A DNA stretch of 64,000 nucleotides, from the NCBI GenBank assembly GCA_913051775.1, contig CAJXCL010000001.1, positions 21,936 to 85,935 on the forward strand, read 5' to 3'. Origin of the DNA: an uncultured Nitrospirota bacterium. GTDB taxonomy: Bacteria > Nitrospinota > Nitrospinia > CAJXCL01. Below the pieces are notes generated by a model. The model made no database searches. It worked only from the letters and a program-made list of their open reading frames with translations, and was not told the DNA's origin. A program made the position numbers and the translations under genes. This document shows positions 20,210-29,817 of this stretch, in pieces (the stretch's first letter is position 1; each line of letters starts with the position of its first letter).

Positions 20210-21565
20210 ATGAACGATTTTGAAAAATCGAGAGGATTCTGGGGTTCCCGCGCAGGGTTTGTAATTGCAGCGGCGGGTTCCGCTATCGGATTGGGGAATA
20301 TTTGGAAATTTCCTTATATTACAGGCCAGCACGGGGGAGGGGCGTTCGTCATTGTGTACCTGATATGTATTGTTTTGATAGGAATCCCCATAATGCTGGC
20401 GGAATTTACAATTGGAAGGAAAACTCATAAGAACCCTGTAGGAGCATATAAAAATATCCATCCGGCAGGTTTATGGTTTCTTGTTGGAGGAATGGGAGTT
20501 TTAGCGGGATTTATGATTTTGTCCTTCTACAGCGTGGTTGCGGGCTGGACAATCGCGTATGTTGTTAGATCCATCTTTATGTTGGTAACCCAATTTGAGA
20601 CAGCTGCCGATGCGGGAAAATATTTTGGAAATTTTGCTTCAAACCCCTTTGAAGCGTTATTGTTCCATACCATATTTATGAGCCTGTGCATCTCTATAGT
20701 TATTAAAGGCGTCAGATCAGGGATAGAAAAGTCATGTGATATCCTCATGCCGACACTTCTATTTATACTTGTATTGCTTGTTATTAGATCACTGACCCTG
20801 AAGGGTGCGTGGGCAGGAGTAGTATTTTATTTAAAACCGGAGTTCAGCAAGCTCACTGCTCAGGGTGTCCTGGTGGCATTGGGTCACGCTTTTTTCTCTT
20901 TAAGTTTAGGAATGGGCGCGATGATTACTTACGGCAGCTATCTTTCTAAAAAAGAAAACCTTGCCTCTTCCGCTTTGATAGTAGGTGCCCTTGATACAGT
21001 GATTGCTTTATTAGCCGGGCTGATGATTTTCCCGGCTGTCTTTGCTATGGGACTAGAACCTTCTGCGGGTCCGGGACTGGTATTTCATGTATTACCCGCT
21101 GTTTTTTCTAAAATGCCATTTGGGAATATAGTTTCCATTGCTTTTTTTACCCTCCTTGCCATTGCCGCATTAACATCAGGCATTTCACTTCTTGAAGTTG
21201 TTGTCGCATATTTCATAGATGAAATTCGCTGGAGTAGAAAAAAAGCCGTTTTGATAGTTGGTAGCGTGATTTTTATTTTGGGGATTCCATCAGCTCTTTC
21301 TTTTGGTGCATTTGGTGAGTATAAGCTTTTTGGAATGAACTTTTTCGATATTGTTGACCACATAGCTTCAAATTATCTGTTGCCTCTGGGGGGCCTGTTG
21401 ATCTGCGTTTTTGTCGCGTGGGTATGGGGTCCAAAACCTGCTCTGGAAGAAATACATATAGGCGAACATAAATTTCCGTTTGCCGGTGGCTGGGTATTCC
21501 TGGTTAAATATATTTCTCCCGTTGCGGTAGGGATTATTTTGATCGCTAAATTAATGGGAAAATAA
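20210..21565 (+). CDS. Sodium-dependent transporter, neurotransmitter:sodium symporter (SNF/NSS) family
   Basis: 451 aa. 'GFWGSRAGFVIAAAGSAIGLGNIWKFPY' NSS TM1 signature. About 12 TM segments. Confidence 0.85.
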   Translation: MNDFEKSRGFWGSRAGFVIAAAGSAIGLGNIWKFPYITGQHGGGAFVIVYLICIVLIGIPIMLAEFTIGRKTHKNPVGAYKNIHPAGLWFLVGGMGVLAGFMILSFYSVVAGWTIAYVVRSIFMLVTQFETAADAGKYFGNFASNPFEALLFHTIFMSLCISIVIKGVRSGIEKSCDILMPTLLFILVLLVIRSLTLKGAWAGVVFYLKPEFSKLTAQGVLVALGHAFFSLSLGMGAMITYGSYLSKKENLASSALIVGALDTVIALLAGLMIFPAVFAMGLEPSAGPGLVFHVLPAVFSKMPFGNIVSIAFFTLLAIAALTSGISLLEVVVAYFIDEIRWSRKKAVLIVGSVIFILGIPSALSFGAFGEYKLFGMNFFDIVDHIASNYLLPLGGLLICVFVAWVWGPKPALEEIHIGEHKFPFAGGWVFLVKYISPVAVGIILIAKLMGK

Positions 21566-21594
21566 TTATTTAATCAGTGTAATCAAACTTCATT

Positions 21595-22776
21595 ATGAAA
21601 ATAGCATATTTTGACTGCTTTTCAGGTATTAGCGGGGATATGATTCTAGGAGCCTTAGCTGATTTAGGCAATGATTTTTCCTTTATTAAAAAAGAGTTAA
21701 AAAAACTTGATCTGAAAGGTTATTCCCTTTCGCATAAAAAAGTAAAGCGTGGAGTTATTGAAACCACAAGAGTCGATGTTAAAGTAACAGAGAAAAGTTC
21801 CTCTAAAAGAAATCTGAAAAGTATTATTTCCATTATTAAAAACAGCGGCCTCGCGGAAAAGATTAAAAATGACTCCATAAAGATATTTCGCAGGCTGGCA
21901 GAAGCTGAAGCAACAGTTCATGGGACGACCATTAACAAAATCCATTTCCACGAAGTCGGCGCGATAGACTCTATTGTAGATATAGTGGGTTCTGTTATTG
22001 GAATTCATCATTTAAACATTTCTAAAATAGTTTCGTCGTCCATTAATATCGGCAGTGGATTTGTAAAATGTGACCATGGTACTCTTCCTGTTCCCGCTCC
22101 TGCTGTTGTGGAAATTTTAAGAGGGGTTCCCTGTTTTTCATCTGGTACTAGGCAGGAATTGACCACTCCCACGGGAGCAGCCGTTATTGCAACCCTGGCA
22201 AATGAATTTGGTTCGTTGCCTGAATTAAAAACTGACAGGGTAGGTTACGGAGCAGGAGGTAAGAATCTAAAAGAAATGCCTAATGCTTTAAGAATTATCT
22301 TAGGAGAACTCTCGATTGCAAACGAATTAAAAAAGGAAATCTTTGTATTAGAAACAAATATAGATGATATGAATCCGGAATTTTACGATGTTGTAATGGA
22401 AAAGCTTTTTCAAGCAGGTGCAGTTGATGTTTTTCTTACACCTATCATAATGAAAAAAAATCGTCCTGCTACAAAACTTTCAGTATTGACACAACAGCAA
22501 AATGTTGAAATGCTTGCGAACGAAGTTTTAAAAAATACCACCAGCTTTGGTATCCGCTTTTACCCGGTTGAAAGAGTAATGCTTGAAAGAGAGTTTCAGG
22601 AGATTGAAACTGTATTGGGTAAAGTGAAAGTAAAAATTGGGAAAAGAGATGGTGAGGTTTGCCACATATCTCCCGAGTACGAACACTGTAAAAAAATTTC
22701 CAGAGAACAGGGCATCCCCATCAAAAAAGTCTACGAAGAAATACAATCTGCCATCTGCAAAATTTTTAAGGTGTAA
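21595..22776 (+). CDS. larC: Nickel-pincer cofactor biosynthesis protein LarC (DUF111 family nickel insertion protein)
   Basis: 393 aa. N-terminus 'MKIAYFDCFSGISGDMILGALADLG' is the LarC/DUF111 hallmark. Confidence 0.8.
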   Translation: MKIAYFDCFSGISGDMILGALADLGNDFSFIKKELKKLDLKGYSLSHKKVKRGVIETTRVDVKVTEKSSSKRNLKSIISIIKNSGLAEKIKNDSIKIFRRLAEAEATVHGTTINKIHFHEVGAIDSIVDIVGSVIGIHHLNISKIVSSSINIGSGFVKCDHGTLPVPAPAVVEILRGVPCFSSGTRQELTTPTGAAVIATLANEFGSLPELKTDRVGYGAGGKNLKEMPNALRIILGELSIANELKKEIFVLETNIDDMNPEFYDVVMEKLFQAGAVDVFLTPIIMKKNRPATKLSVLTQQQNVEMLANEVLKNTTSFGIRFYPVERVMLEREFQEIETVLGKVKVKIGKRDGEVCHISPEYEHCKKISREQGIPIKKVYEEIQSAICKIFKV

Positions 22777-22795
22777 TCAATACTATCAAATGGAA

Positions 22796-22906
22796 TTACT
22801 TGCCGCTAAGCTTTTTGATGGTGCTAACAGCCTTTTTTGTTCGATCTCCGCTAATTTTTTTAGCAGCTTCAGACGAATATTTTCCGAACATAAAAAATGT
22901 CGCCAT
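22796..22906 (-). CDS. Candidate small protein (36 aa), convergent with larC
   Basis: Reverse-strand ORF 'MATFFMFGKYSSEAAKKISGDRTKKAVSTIKKLSGK'. A perfect GGAGG Shine-Dalgarno sits 5 nt upstream of the ATG (rc of 22912-22916). Absent from the ORF track because it is under 60 aa. Confidence 0.35.
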   Translation of the reverse strand: MATFFMFGKYSSEAAKKISGDRTKKAVSTIKKLSGK

Positions 22907-23114
22907 ATTAACCTCCTTTCTGTGATGGCAATTGCCATCCAATAAAAAATGTTTACATAAATATAAGCTTATTTTATGATAATTCTCATTGTGTAGAGTG
23001 TCTGCTTAATTTCTTAATACCCTAAGAATTTTTTTGATTGGATTATAGGATAGATTATTTTTTTGAAGTGTAATGACCGTGTCATTGCATTCTTTTTTAT
23101 TCAAATAGGAAATT

Positions 23115-23564
23115 ATGAAAAAAAGTATTCTTTGTTTTTTGTTATTTTTAGTTTTCTCCTGGGTTGCGGTGGAATCAGGATTTTCCGATAACAACGACAA
23201 TGATAATGTCATCAAAAAAGTTTCTCCTGAAATATCTAATATAAAGGTAGAACCATTATCCGGTTATAACGGAACAGTTATCAGAATAACCCTCGAGATA
23301 AACGACCTACAGGGTTTAGATAATATACGCAAAGAGCTATATCAAATACGTGAAGGAATCGAGCCTATTGTGTTAAAGCTCTCTGACGACGGGACTCACG
23401 GTGATACTGTAGCCAACGATAGCATCTTTTATGCGGAGACAATAGTTCCAAAAACCGCTGCAAAAGGGGTTCATGAGTTTCATGTGTTTGTATTTGATAA
23501 GGATGGCAATAAAAGTAATACACTGACTTATAAATTTACAGTTAGTGAGCTTCTTGAAGTTTAA
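23115..23564 (+). CDS. Hypothetical secreted protein (signal peptide, possible Ig-like beta domain)
   Basis: 149 aa. N-terminal hydrophobic signal 'MKKSILCFLLFLVFSWVAV', then D/N-rich linker. Confidence 0.4.
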   Translation: MKKSILCFLLFLVFSWVAVESGFSDNNDNDNVIKKVSPEISNIKVEPLSGYNGTVIRITLEINDLQGLDNIRKELYQIREGIEPIVLKLSDDGTHGDTVANDSIFYAETIVPKTAAKGVHEFHVFVFDKDGNKSNTLTYKFTVSELLEV

Positions 23565-23596
23565 AGCATAAAGCGGCAAGTTTCCGTAACAGAATG

Positions 23597-23642
23597 GAGC
23601 TTCCGCTCCAGTGAACAAACAAAAAAACTTGTTCAAAAAAAA
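23597..23642 (+). repeat. Family-B partial copy (3' hairpin plus A-rich tail only; B3)
   Basis: 'ggagcttccgctccagtgaacaaacaaaaaaacttgttcaaaaaaaag' matches the 3' end of B1. Located 70 nt upstream of prpD. Confidence 0.55.
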
Positions 23643-23709
23643 GTTTTCACAGTGTAATAGCAAAGACGATCTTCCTTCTTTAATACATGATTTTGAGGTT
23701 TTTTTTATC

Positions 23710-25083
23710 ATGAACAAAAAGCCGAAAAGTATTTCCAGAAATCTTGCCGAATATGCATCCTTCCTTGAATATAAAGATCTTTCTCCAGAAGTTATACATG
23801 AAATTAAAAGGCGTTTAATAGACAGCTTTGGATGCGCGCTTGGGGCTTTTGAAAGTGATCCGGCGAAAGTTGCAAGAGGAATAGGACAGAAAGCTAAAAC
23901 ATCTCAAGGCGCTACACTTTTGGGGACTTCTTTTAAAACGACATTTGACTTGGCCACTTTTGCTAATGGAACTCTTGTTCGTTATCTGGATTTTAATGAT
24001 ACCTATTTATCTAAAGAACCGGCTCATCCGAGTGATAATATATCAGCCGCCCTTGCTGTCGCGGAAGCGGAAAAGGCTAATGGTAAGGCTCTCATTACGT
24101 CTATAGCATTAGCGTATGAAATCCAGTGCAGGCTATGTGACGCCGCCTCTCTCAGGGCAAGGGGATGGGATCATGTGGGCTATGTCTCCATAGCAAGCGC
24201 GCTTCTTGCGTCAAAGCTTATGAATTTGGATCAGGACATAATAGAACATGCCATTGCCTTGAGTATTACGCCTAACACAACTTTACGACAGACCAGGGTA
24301 GGGGAGTTGTCCATGTGGAAAGGGTGTGCTGCTGCCAATGCAGCGAGAAACGGGGTCTTTGCTGCCTACCTTGCTAAGGAAGGAATGACGGGACCTTCAG
24401 AAATTTTTGAAGGTGAAAAAGGTTTTTTTAATCAGGTTACAGGTCCTTTTGATTTGGAAGTGGAAGCCTTCGGTAAAAGTGGTAAAAATTTTAAAATTCT
24501 TGATACTTATATAAAATACTATCCTTCTGAATATCATTCCCAGGCAGGAGTGGAGGCCGCCTTAAAACTTAGAGATAGAATTAAAGTCGATGATGCTGAC
24601 AAGATAAATATTGAAACTTATGACGCATGTGTTGACATTATTGCCGGAGAAAAGGAAAAGTGGTGCCCCCAAACCAGAGAGACAGCAGACCACAGTCTCC
24701 CTTATTGTGTGGCAGTTGCTCTTTTTGATGGAAAGGTCGGTCTGGAGCAGTTCTCAGAACAAAGGATTCAGGACACTGAACTCCAGAAATTTTTAAGTAA
24801 AATTAAGGTTAAACGAAATGAAGAACATAACAAACAATACCCTGAATCCTTCCCCTGCTTTATAGAGATCAAGAGCAAAGCAGGAGAGTTTTTTTCTGAA
24901 ACCGTTGATTATCCAAAAGGCCATCCTAAAAATCCCCTGAGTGACAGGGAAGTGGAAGAAAAGTTTATATATTTAAACGATGGTCGTATAAAAAGTGTGA
25001 AAGTAAAGGATATAATGAATCGCATCTGGGACTTGGAAAATCTGAAAGATTTAAGTAATTTTATAAGTCTTTTGAAAATATAA
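23710..25083 (+). CDS. prpD: MmgE/PrpD family protein, probable 2-methylcitrate dehydratase
   Basis: 458 aa from the internal ATG at 23710; the track ORF starts at 23611 inside the B3 repeat. Size and operon context with prpB/prpC support the call. Confidence 0.75.
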   Translation: MNKKPKSISRNLAEYASFLEYKDLSPEVIHEIKRRLIDSFGCALGAFESDPAKVARGIGQKAKTSQGATLLGTSFKTTFDLATFANGTLVRYLDFNDTYLSKEPAHPSDNISAALAVAEAEKANGKALITSIALAYEIQCRLCDAASLRARGWDHVGYVSIASALLASKLMNLDQDIIEHAIALSITPNTTLRQTRVGELSMWKGCAAANAARNGVFAAYLAKEGMTGPSEIFEGEKGFFNQVTGPFDLEVEAFGKSGKNFKILDTYIKYYPSEYHSQAGVEAALKLRDRIKVDDADKINIETYDACVDIIAGEKEKWCPQTRETADHSLPYCVAVALFDGKVGLEQFSEQRIQDTELQKFLSKIKVKRNEEHNKQYPESFPCFIEIKSKAGEFFSETVDYPKGHPKNPLSDREVEEKFIYLNDGRIKSVKVKDIMNRIWDLENLKDLSNFISLLKI

Positions 25084-25219
25084 TGAAGAGGATGTAGGAT
25101 GAATAGTAAAGGGTCGGGTGTCAGGGATCGGGGTTCAGATAAAAAAAGCTGACCCATGATACCCAACACCTGATTACTACTTGAAAATTCTCATTAATCT
25201 TTGTCAATAGTTAAGCATT

Positions 25220-26083
25220 ATGGGAAAAGTAATTAAGAAATTGATGGGTAAAGGTATCGTTGTAATGCCGGGGGCGTTTAACGGTATCTCAGCAAAGCTG
25301 GTTGAAAAGGCCGGCTTTAAAGCCCTTTATATTTCAGGAGCAGGCCTCGTCAATGGCGTCATGGCTATGCCAGATGTAGGACTCCTCACCATGACCGAAG
25401 TTCAGACACAGGCGGGTTATATTATCAATGCCGTTAACATACCCTGCATTGTGGATGGAGATACAGGCTTCGGAGAGACTGCAAATGTAATGAGAATGGT
25501 GAAAGGACTCGAAGGTGTTGGAGTGGCCGGAGTCCATATTGAAGATCAGGAACTGCCCAAGAAATGCGGACATCTTTCCGGTAAAAGGCTTGTGTCTCCT
25601 CATACAATGGCGGAGAAGATTGCTTCCGCTGTGGAAGCAAGGAAAGACCCGGACTTTATTATTATCGCGAGAACAGACGCAAGAGGGGTAGAAGATATTA
25701 AAAAAGCGATAGAAAGGGCAAACATTTATTTGGAAGCCGGAGCAGATGTTATTTTTCCCGAGGCCTTGCAATCAAAGGAAGAATTCATTACTTTTAAAAA
25801 AGAGGTCAATGCCCCGCTTTTAGCTAATATGACAGAATTCGGTAAGACACCGTTCATAACTGTAAGTGAGTTTGAAGATATGGGTTACAGCATTGTCATC
25901 TTCCCTCTAACTGGCTTCAGAGTGATGCTTAAAGCCGTTCAAGAAGCTCTGGAAAAGCTGAAAGCCGAAGGAACGCAGAAAGACTTGATTGAAAAGATGC
26001 TTACCAGGAAAGGCTTGTATGAACTTATCGATTATAATGATTATGAGGGGATTGATAAAAAAATAAGTAATAAATTCAAATGA
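25220..26083 (+). CDS. prpB: 2-Methylisocitrate lyase (isocitrate lyase/PEP mutase family)
   Basis: 287 aa. Family signature 'KKCGH' ('PKKCGHLSGK'). N-terminal 'MPGAFNGISAKLVEKAGFKALYISGAG'. Confidence 0.8.
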   Translation: MGKVIKKLMGKGIVVMPGAFNGISAKLVEKAGFKALYISGAGLVNGVMAMPDVGLLTMTEVQTQAGYIINAVNIPCIVDGDTGFGETANVMRMVKGLEGVGVAGVHIEDQELPKKCGHLSGKRLVSPHTMAEKIASAVEARKDPDFIIIARTDARGVEDIKKAIERANIYLEAGADVIFPEALQSKEEFITFKKEVNAPLLANMTEFGKTPFITVSEFEDMGYSIVIFPLTGFRVMLKAVQEALEKLKAEGTQKDLIEKMLTRKGLYELIDYNDYEGIDKKISNKFK

Positions 26084-26102
26084 TATTAATTTTTTTAAAG
26101 AT

Positions 26103-26127
26103 TTTCGACAGGACTAACAGGATTTAG
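26103..26127 (+). repeat. Short dispersed motif 'tttcgacaggaYtaacaggattWa' (copy 2), 20 nt after the prpB stop
   Basis: 22 of 25 nt identical to 1233-1257. Confidence 0.5.
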
Positions 26128-26258
26128 TAGATTTTGGATTGTGGATTTTTAATGCAAAACCGAAACCCAAAATCCTATATTCGAAATTATTGAATCCAGG
26201 CAATCCTGTGCATCTTGCAAAACTGAGCTTAGCTCATGTCAAAAAGAAAGTAACTATA

Positions 26259-27389
26259 ATGAGCGCTGAACAAAAAATTGCTGCCGGGCTTGCGGGAATA
26301 ATTACCGGAAGGAGTTCAATTTGTGAGGTAGATGAAGAAAATTGTGAGCTCTATTACAGGGGATATTCCATCTTAGACCTTGCGGAACACTCTAACTTTG
26401 AGGAAGTCGCGTACCTTTTGCTGAAAGGTGAGCTGCCCGAAAAGAAGAATTTAGGAGAGTTTCAAAATAAGTTGTCGGAGGAAAGAGAAATTCCCCATAA
26501 AGTTGATGAGGTTCTAAAAGGGCTTTCAGCGAAAACCGACCCTATGGATGTTTTAAAGATAGCTGTTGGGATTCTTCATACCGTAGACCCCGATGCATCT
26601 TCCAATGAAGAAGAAGCCAATATAAGGAAGGCTATAAGACTAATTGCGAAAATCCCGACAATTATCACAGACAATTTTCACTTCTCTCATGGAAACGAAC
26701 CTGTTAAACCCAATCCTCATCTTTCCCTTGCCGAAAACTTTCTTTATATGTTGAAGGGAAAGGAACCGGAAGCTTTTGAATCGAGCGCCCTTGAAAAATC
26801 ACTAATCCTTTACGCGGAGCATGAACTGAATGCTTCCACATTTGCCGCGCGGGTAGTTGTCTCTACTCTTTCGGACATGCACTCTGGTATCATTGCCGCT
26901 ATTGGAGCGTTAAAGGGCCCTTTGCACGGTGGCGCTAATGAAAGAGCTATGGAAATGCTCCTTGAGATAGAGGAACCTGAAAAAGCAGAATCTTGGATTA
27001 AGGACGCCCTGTTACAAAAAAAGCGGATCATGGGATTTGGTCACAGGGTTTATAAAAAGATGGACCCGAGAAATCCGGTTATAAAAAAGATATCAAAAGA
27101 ATTGGGCGCAAGGAATGAAAACAGCAAGTGGTTTGAAATTTCAGAAATAATAGAAAAGATTATTGATCGGGAAAAAGGACTCCATCCAAATCTGGACTTC
27201 TACTCCTCTTCTGCCTATTATCTCTTAGGGATTCCGATTCCTCTTTATACACCTATTTTTGTTGCCTCAAGAGTTACGGGCTGGGTAGCTCATGTGATGG
27301 AACAGTACTGCGATAACAGGCTCATAAGACCCAGGGCGGAATATACAGGCGAGAAAAAAAGGGAGTACGTACCGATTGAAGACAGATGA
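26259..27389 (+). CDS. prpC: Citrate synthase family, probable 2-methylcitrate synthase
   Basis: 'GFGHRVYKKMDPR' citrate synthase signature. Start moved to the internal ATG at 26259 (377 aa); the track start at 26139 adds a non-conserved 40-aa leader. Confidence 0.8.
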   Translation: MSAEQKIAAGLAGIITGRSSICEVDEENCELYYRGYSILDLAEHSNFEEVAYLLLKGELPEKKNLGEFQNKLSEEREIPHKVDEVLKGLSAKTDPMDVLKIAVGILHTVDPDASSNEEEANIRKAIRLIAKIPTIITDNFHFSHGNEPVKPNPHLSLAENFLYMLKGKEPEAFESSALEKSLILYAEHELNASTFAARVVVSTLSDMHSGIIAAIGALKGPLHGGANERAMEMLLEIEEPEKAESWIKDALLQKKRIMGFGHRVYKKMDPRNPVIKKISKELGARNENSKWFEISEIIEKIIDREKGLHPNLDFYSSSAYYLLGIPIPLYTPIFVASRVTGWVAHVMEQYCDNRLIRPRAEYTGEKKREYVPIEDR

Positions 27390-27465
27390 TAGAGAGTAAA
27401 TAGTATGGAGCAGGGCAATTAGCAGTTATCAATGAGCAATTAATTGGACGCAGATAAACGCGGAT

Positions 27466-27499
27466 TTTATGATTAAAAAATCATTACCCGCGTTTTTTT
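27466..27499 (+). terminator. Rho-independent terminator after prpC
   Basis: 'aaacgcgg-attttatgattaaaaaatcatta-cccgcgtttttttg'. An 8-bp GC-rich stem is followed by T7. Lies between convergent prpC and thrC. Confidence 0.6.
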
Positions 27500-27552
27500 G
27501 AGGGAATCTATGTCCTATTTTTTTTACCGAAAATTAGTAAAGCAACCAATTA

Positions 27553-28686
27553 CTAAATACCAAGCATCGCTGTTTTTAGCCCGTTGCCTGATACAATAAG
27601 GACAATTCTGGCGTTCTTTTTCAACCGGTTTTTTAGTTTTATCAGACCTGCTAGGGTGACGGCTCCTGCAGGCTCCGCAAAAACCCCTTCTTTTTTAGCG
27701 AGATAGTCTTTTGCTTTAAGTATTTCTCTGTCTGTTACAGATTCTACCATTCCATGGGATTCCCGTAGAACCTGAAGAGCTTTTAATCCGTCGAGAGGAT
27801 TGCCACAGGCGATAGCGCCGGCAATGGTATGCGGTTTTACAGGTTTTATAAAATCCATCTCTTTTTTAAATGCATTGACTACTGTATTGCACCCCTTTGA
27901 CTGAACTCCTATGAGTACGGGGAGTTTTTTTGCAAGCTTAACATTTTTGAATTCCTTTAGTCCTTTCCATATTCCGTAAATTAAGGTTCCGTTTCCAATC
28001 GGGGAAATGATATAGTCGGCATTGATCTCATCGGCAATTTCAAATCCGACTGATTTTTCTCCTTCACCTCTGTACGGATAATCCCCCATCAGGTACCATC
28101 CTCTTTTTCTGAATAATTTTGATGCTTCCACTTCGGCGGCATTATAATCTCCATAGACTCTATGGATTATGGCGCCGTGGCTTTTGATTTGCGCTATCTT
28201 TATGTCAGGTGTATCGACAGGGAGGATGATGTGCGCCTTAACGTTTGCCGCCGCGGCATAAGCGGATACAGAGGCGCCCATATTGCCTGTGGACGCGCAC
28301 ACGATTTCATTTGACCCAAACTCTAAAGCCTTGGATATCTCAACGGTAGTTCCCCTGTCCTTGAATGATCCGGTGGGGTTTTCACTTTCGCATTTAAAGA
28401 AAAGATTATCAAAGCCAAGTTCACGGGAAATGTTTCTTGATTTTAAAAGAGGTGTTCCGCCCTCCATTAAAGTGACGCTGTTTTCTGATTTGACGAGAGG
28501 AAAGAACTCTTTATATCTCCAGTGCCTGAATGGCCTTTTTCTCAGCCTGTCCCAAGAGATAATGTTTCTTATTTCATTAAAGTTAAAAACAACTTCAAGG
28601 CTTTGTCCACAAGCGCATCGGTACCTTATCTCTTTTTTTGAGTATTTTTCTTTACATTTTATGCATTGGAGATACCGGATATGCAT
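27553..28686 (-). CDS. thrC: Threonine synthase (PLP-dependent, fold type II) with N-terminal zinc-ribbon
   Basis: 377 aa. PLP-lysine motif 'ENPTGSFKDRG'. N-terminal 'CIKC...CACG' Cys4 ribbon. Confidence 0.75.
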   Translation of the reverse strand: MHIRYLQCIKCKEKYSKKEIRYRCACGQSLEVVFNFNEIRNIISWDRLRKRPFRHWRYKEFFPLVKSENSVTLMEGGTPLLKSRNISRELGFDNLFFKCESENPTGSFKDRGTTVEISKALEFGSNEIVCASTGNMGASVSAYAAAANVKAHIILPVDTPDIKIAQIKSHGAIIHRVYGDYNAAEVEASKLFRKRGWYLMGDYPYRGEGEKSVGFEIADEINADYIISPIGNGTLIYGIWKGLKEFKNVKLAKKLPVLIGVQSKGCNTVVNAFKKEMDFIKPVKPHTIAGAIACGNPLDGLKALQVLRESHGMVESVTDREILKAKDYLAKKEGVFAEPAGAVTLAGLIKLKNRLKKNARIVLIVSGNGLKTAMLGI

Positions 28687-28751
28687 GAAAGCAATTTTAA
28701 CATAATTGACAACGTAAGTATCTCACTTTATAATGCCTCCTTTAGATGTCG

Positions 28752-28775
28752 TCTTGAGCTTGTCAAAGGGCGATA
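28752..28775. repeat. Short motif 'tcYtgagcttgtcRaaggg..a' (copy 1 of 2)
   Basis: Recurs at 58624-58646, 30 nt upstream of murC. About 20 of 23 nt are identical. Confidence 0.4.
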
Positions 28776-28842
28776 CTCTACTTTTTTCTATGTAATACTG
28801 AGACAGGTTTAGTGTGACATACAGCCGTTTTCCACAGAGTAG

Positions 28843-28987
28843 CGAGGCCACCAACCACAATTCGGTAAGGAATGCAAAATTGGATGGTTTCCGAAGAAAA
28901 GCCGCCCAAGGGGTTGAGGCCATGGATGGCCGATAATCAAATGGGCTGCCGCCCAGTCTGCTAATAAAAAGTTGTGCTAAAAAAACA
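28843..28987 (+). repeat. Family-B ~145-nt structured intergenic element (copy B2), 40 nt upstream of tRNA-Gln
   Basis: Aligns with B1 throughout. The hairpin 'tgggctgccgcccag' replaces B1's 'gaagcttccgctcc' (A-T to G-C covariation). Confidence 0.6.
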
Positions 28988-29026
28988 CAATTATACAGAT
29001 TTACAGTACAGAGGTTATCAATTGAG

Positions 29027-29100
29027 TTGGGGGATGGTCTAATGGCAGGACGAGCGGCTCTGACCCGCTTAGTGAAGGTTCGAATCCTTCTCCCCCAGCC
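29027..29100 (+). tRNA. tRNA-Gln (anticodon CUG)
   Basis: 74-nt cloverleaf folded by hand. Acceptor TGGGGGA/TCCCCCA. D-stem GTCT/GGAC. Anticodon stem AGCGG/CCGCT with loop cTCTGac. T-arm GAAGG-TTCGAAT-CCTTC. Discriminator G, encoded CCA. U1-A72 as in bacterial tRNA-Gln. Confidence 0.9.
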
Positions 29101-29306
29101 ACGCTCAGCGTGGCTGAGTCCTGCTCAGCGGGACAGCCATCTCAAGCATTAAAGTTTTGCAATTAGTAAGAATATTATTTTTGTACTATGAATTATTAAG
29201 GCTCTTTCCCAAATGTTCTACGTTTATATTCTCCATAGCATAAAAGATAGGCAACTATGATGGGTTTGTGAGAGCTAGATATTAGAGCAGGCCAGTAAAT
29301 TAATAT

Positions 29307-29738
29307 CTATTTCTTTTTAGTTCCCGCTAAAAAAAATTCGAGCTGTTTAGCTTTGTCTGGGTTTATCTTTTTCAGATCTATCAGGATTTCTTTTGCCTTG
29401 CTGATTTCTCCTGTTTCAACATAAGCTATTCCAATATTTCTGTAAAAATCAGAGTCAAGTGGATTTAGAGAGATGGCTTTTTTATATTTTATAATTGCTT
29501 CTTTTACTTTATCCGATGCAAATAGCATGTTTGCCAGATTATAATGATAGTCAGCGATTTTAGGATTAATTTTTATAGCCTTTCTAAATTCCTTAATGGC
29601 CATTTCATATTTACCTTCTTCCGAATACATGTTTCCCTTATCAAAATGATCTAAAGCATCATCCGCAAAACATGGAGTAATAGCAGGAAACATAAAAACC
29701 ATGAGCGCAATTAAAAAAAACAAAGATCGAACAGTCAC
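29307..29738 (-). CDS. TPR-repeat protein with signal peptide
   Basis: 143 aa. N-terminal hydrophobic segment. Three TPR-like repeats (e.g. 'YEMAIKEFRKAIKINP', 'EAIIKYKKAISLNP'). Confidence 0.6.
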   Translation of the reverse strand: MTVRSLFFLIALMVFMFPAITPCFADDALDHFDKGNMYSEEGKYEMAIKEFRKAIKINPKIADYHYNLANMLFASDKVKEAIIKYKKAISLNPLDSDFYRNIGIAYVETGEISKAKEILIDLKKINPDKAKQLEFFLAGTKKK

Positions 29739-29817
29739 AAATAATTCCTAATAGAAAAGTTTTATAAGTAAAGTTTTTTTAATACTGTAAATATTATGGA
29801 TTTTTTTTTCGCTGTTA

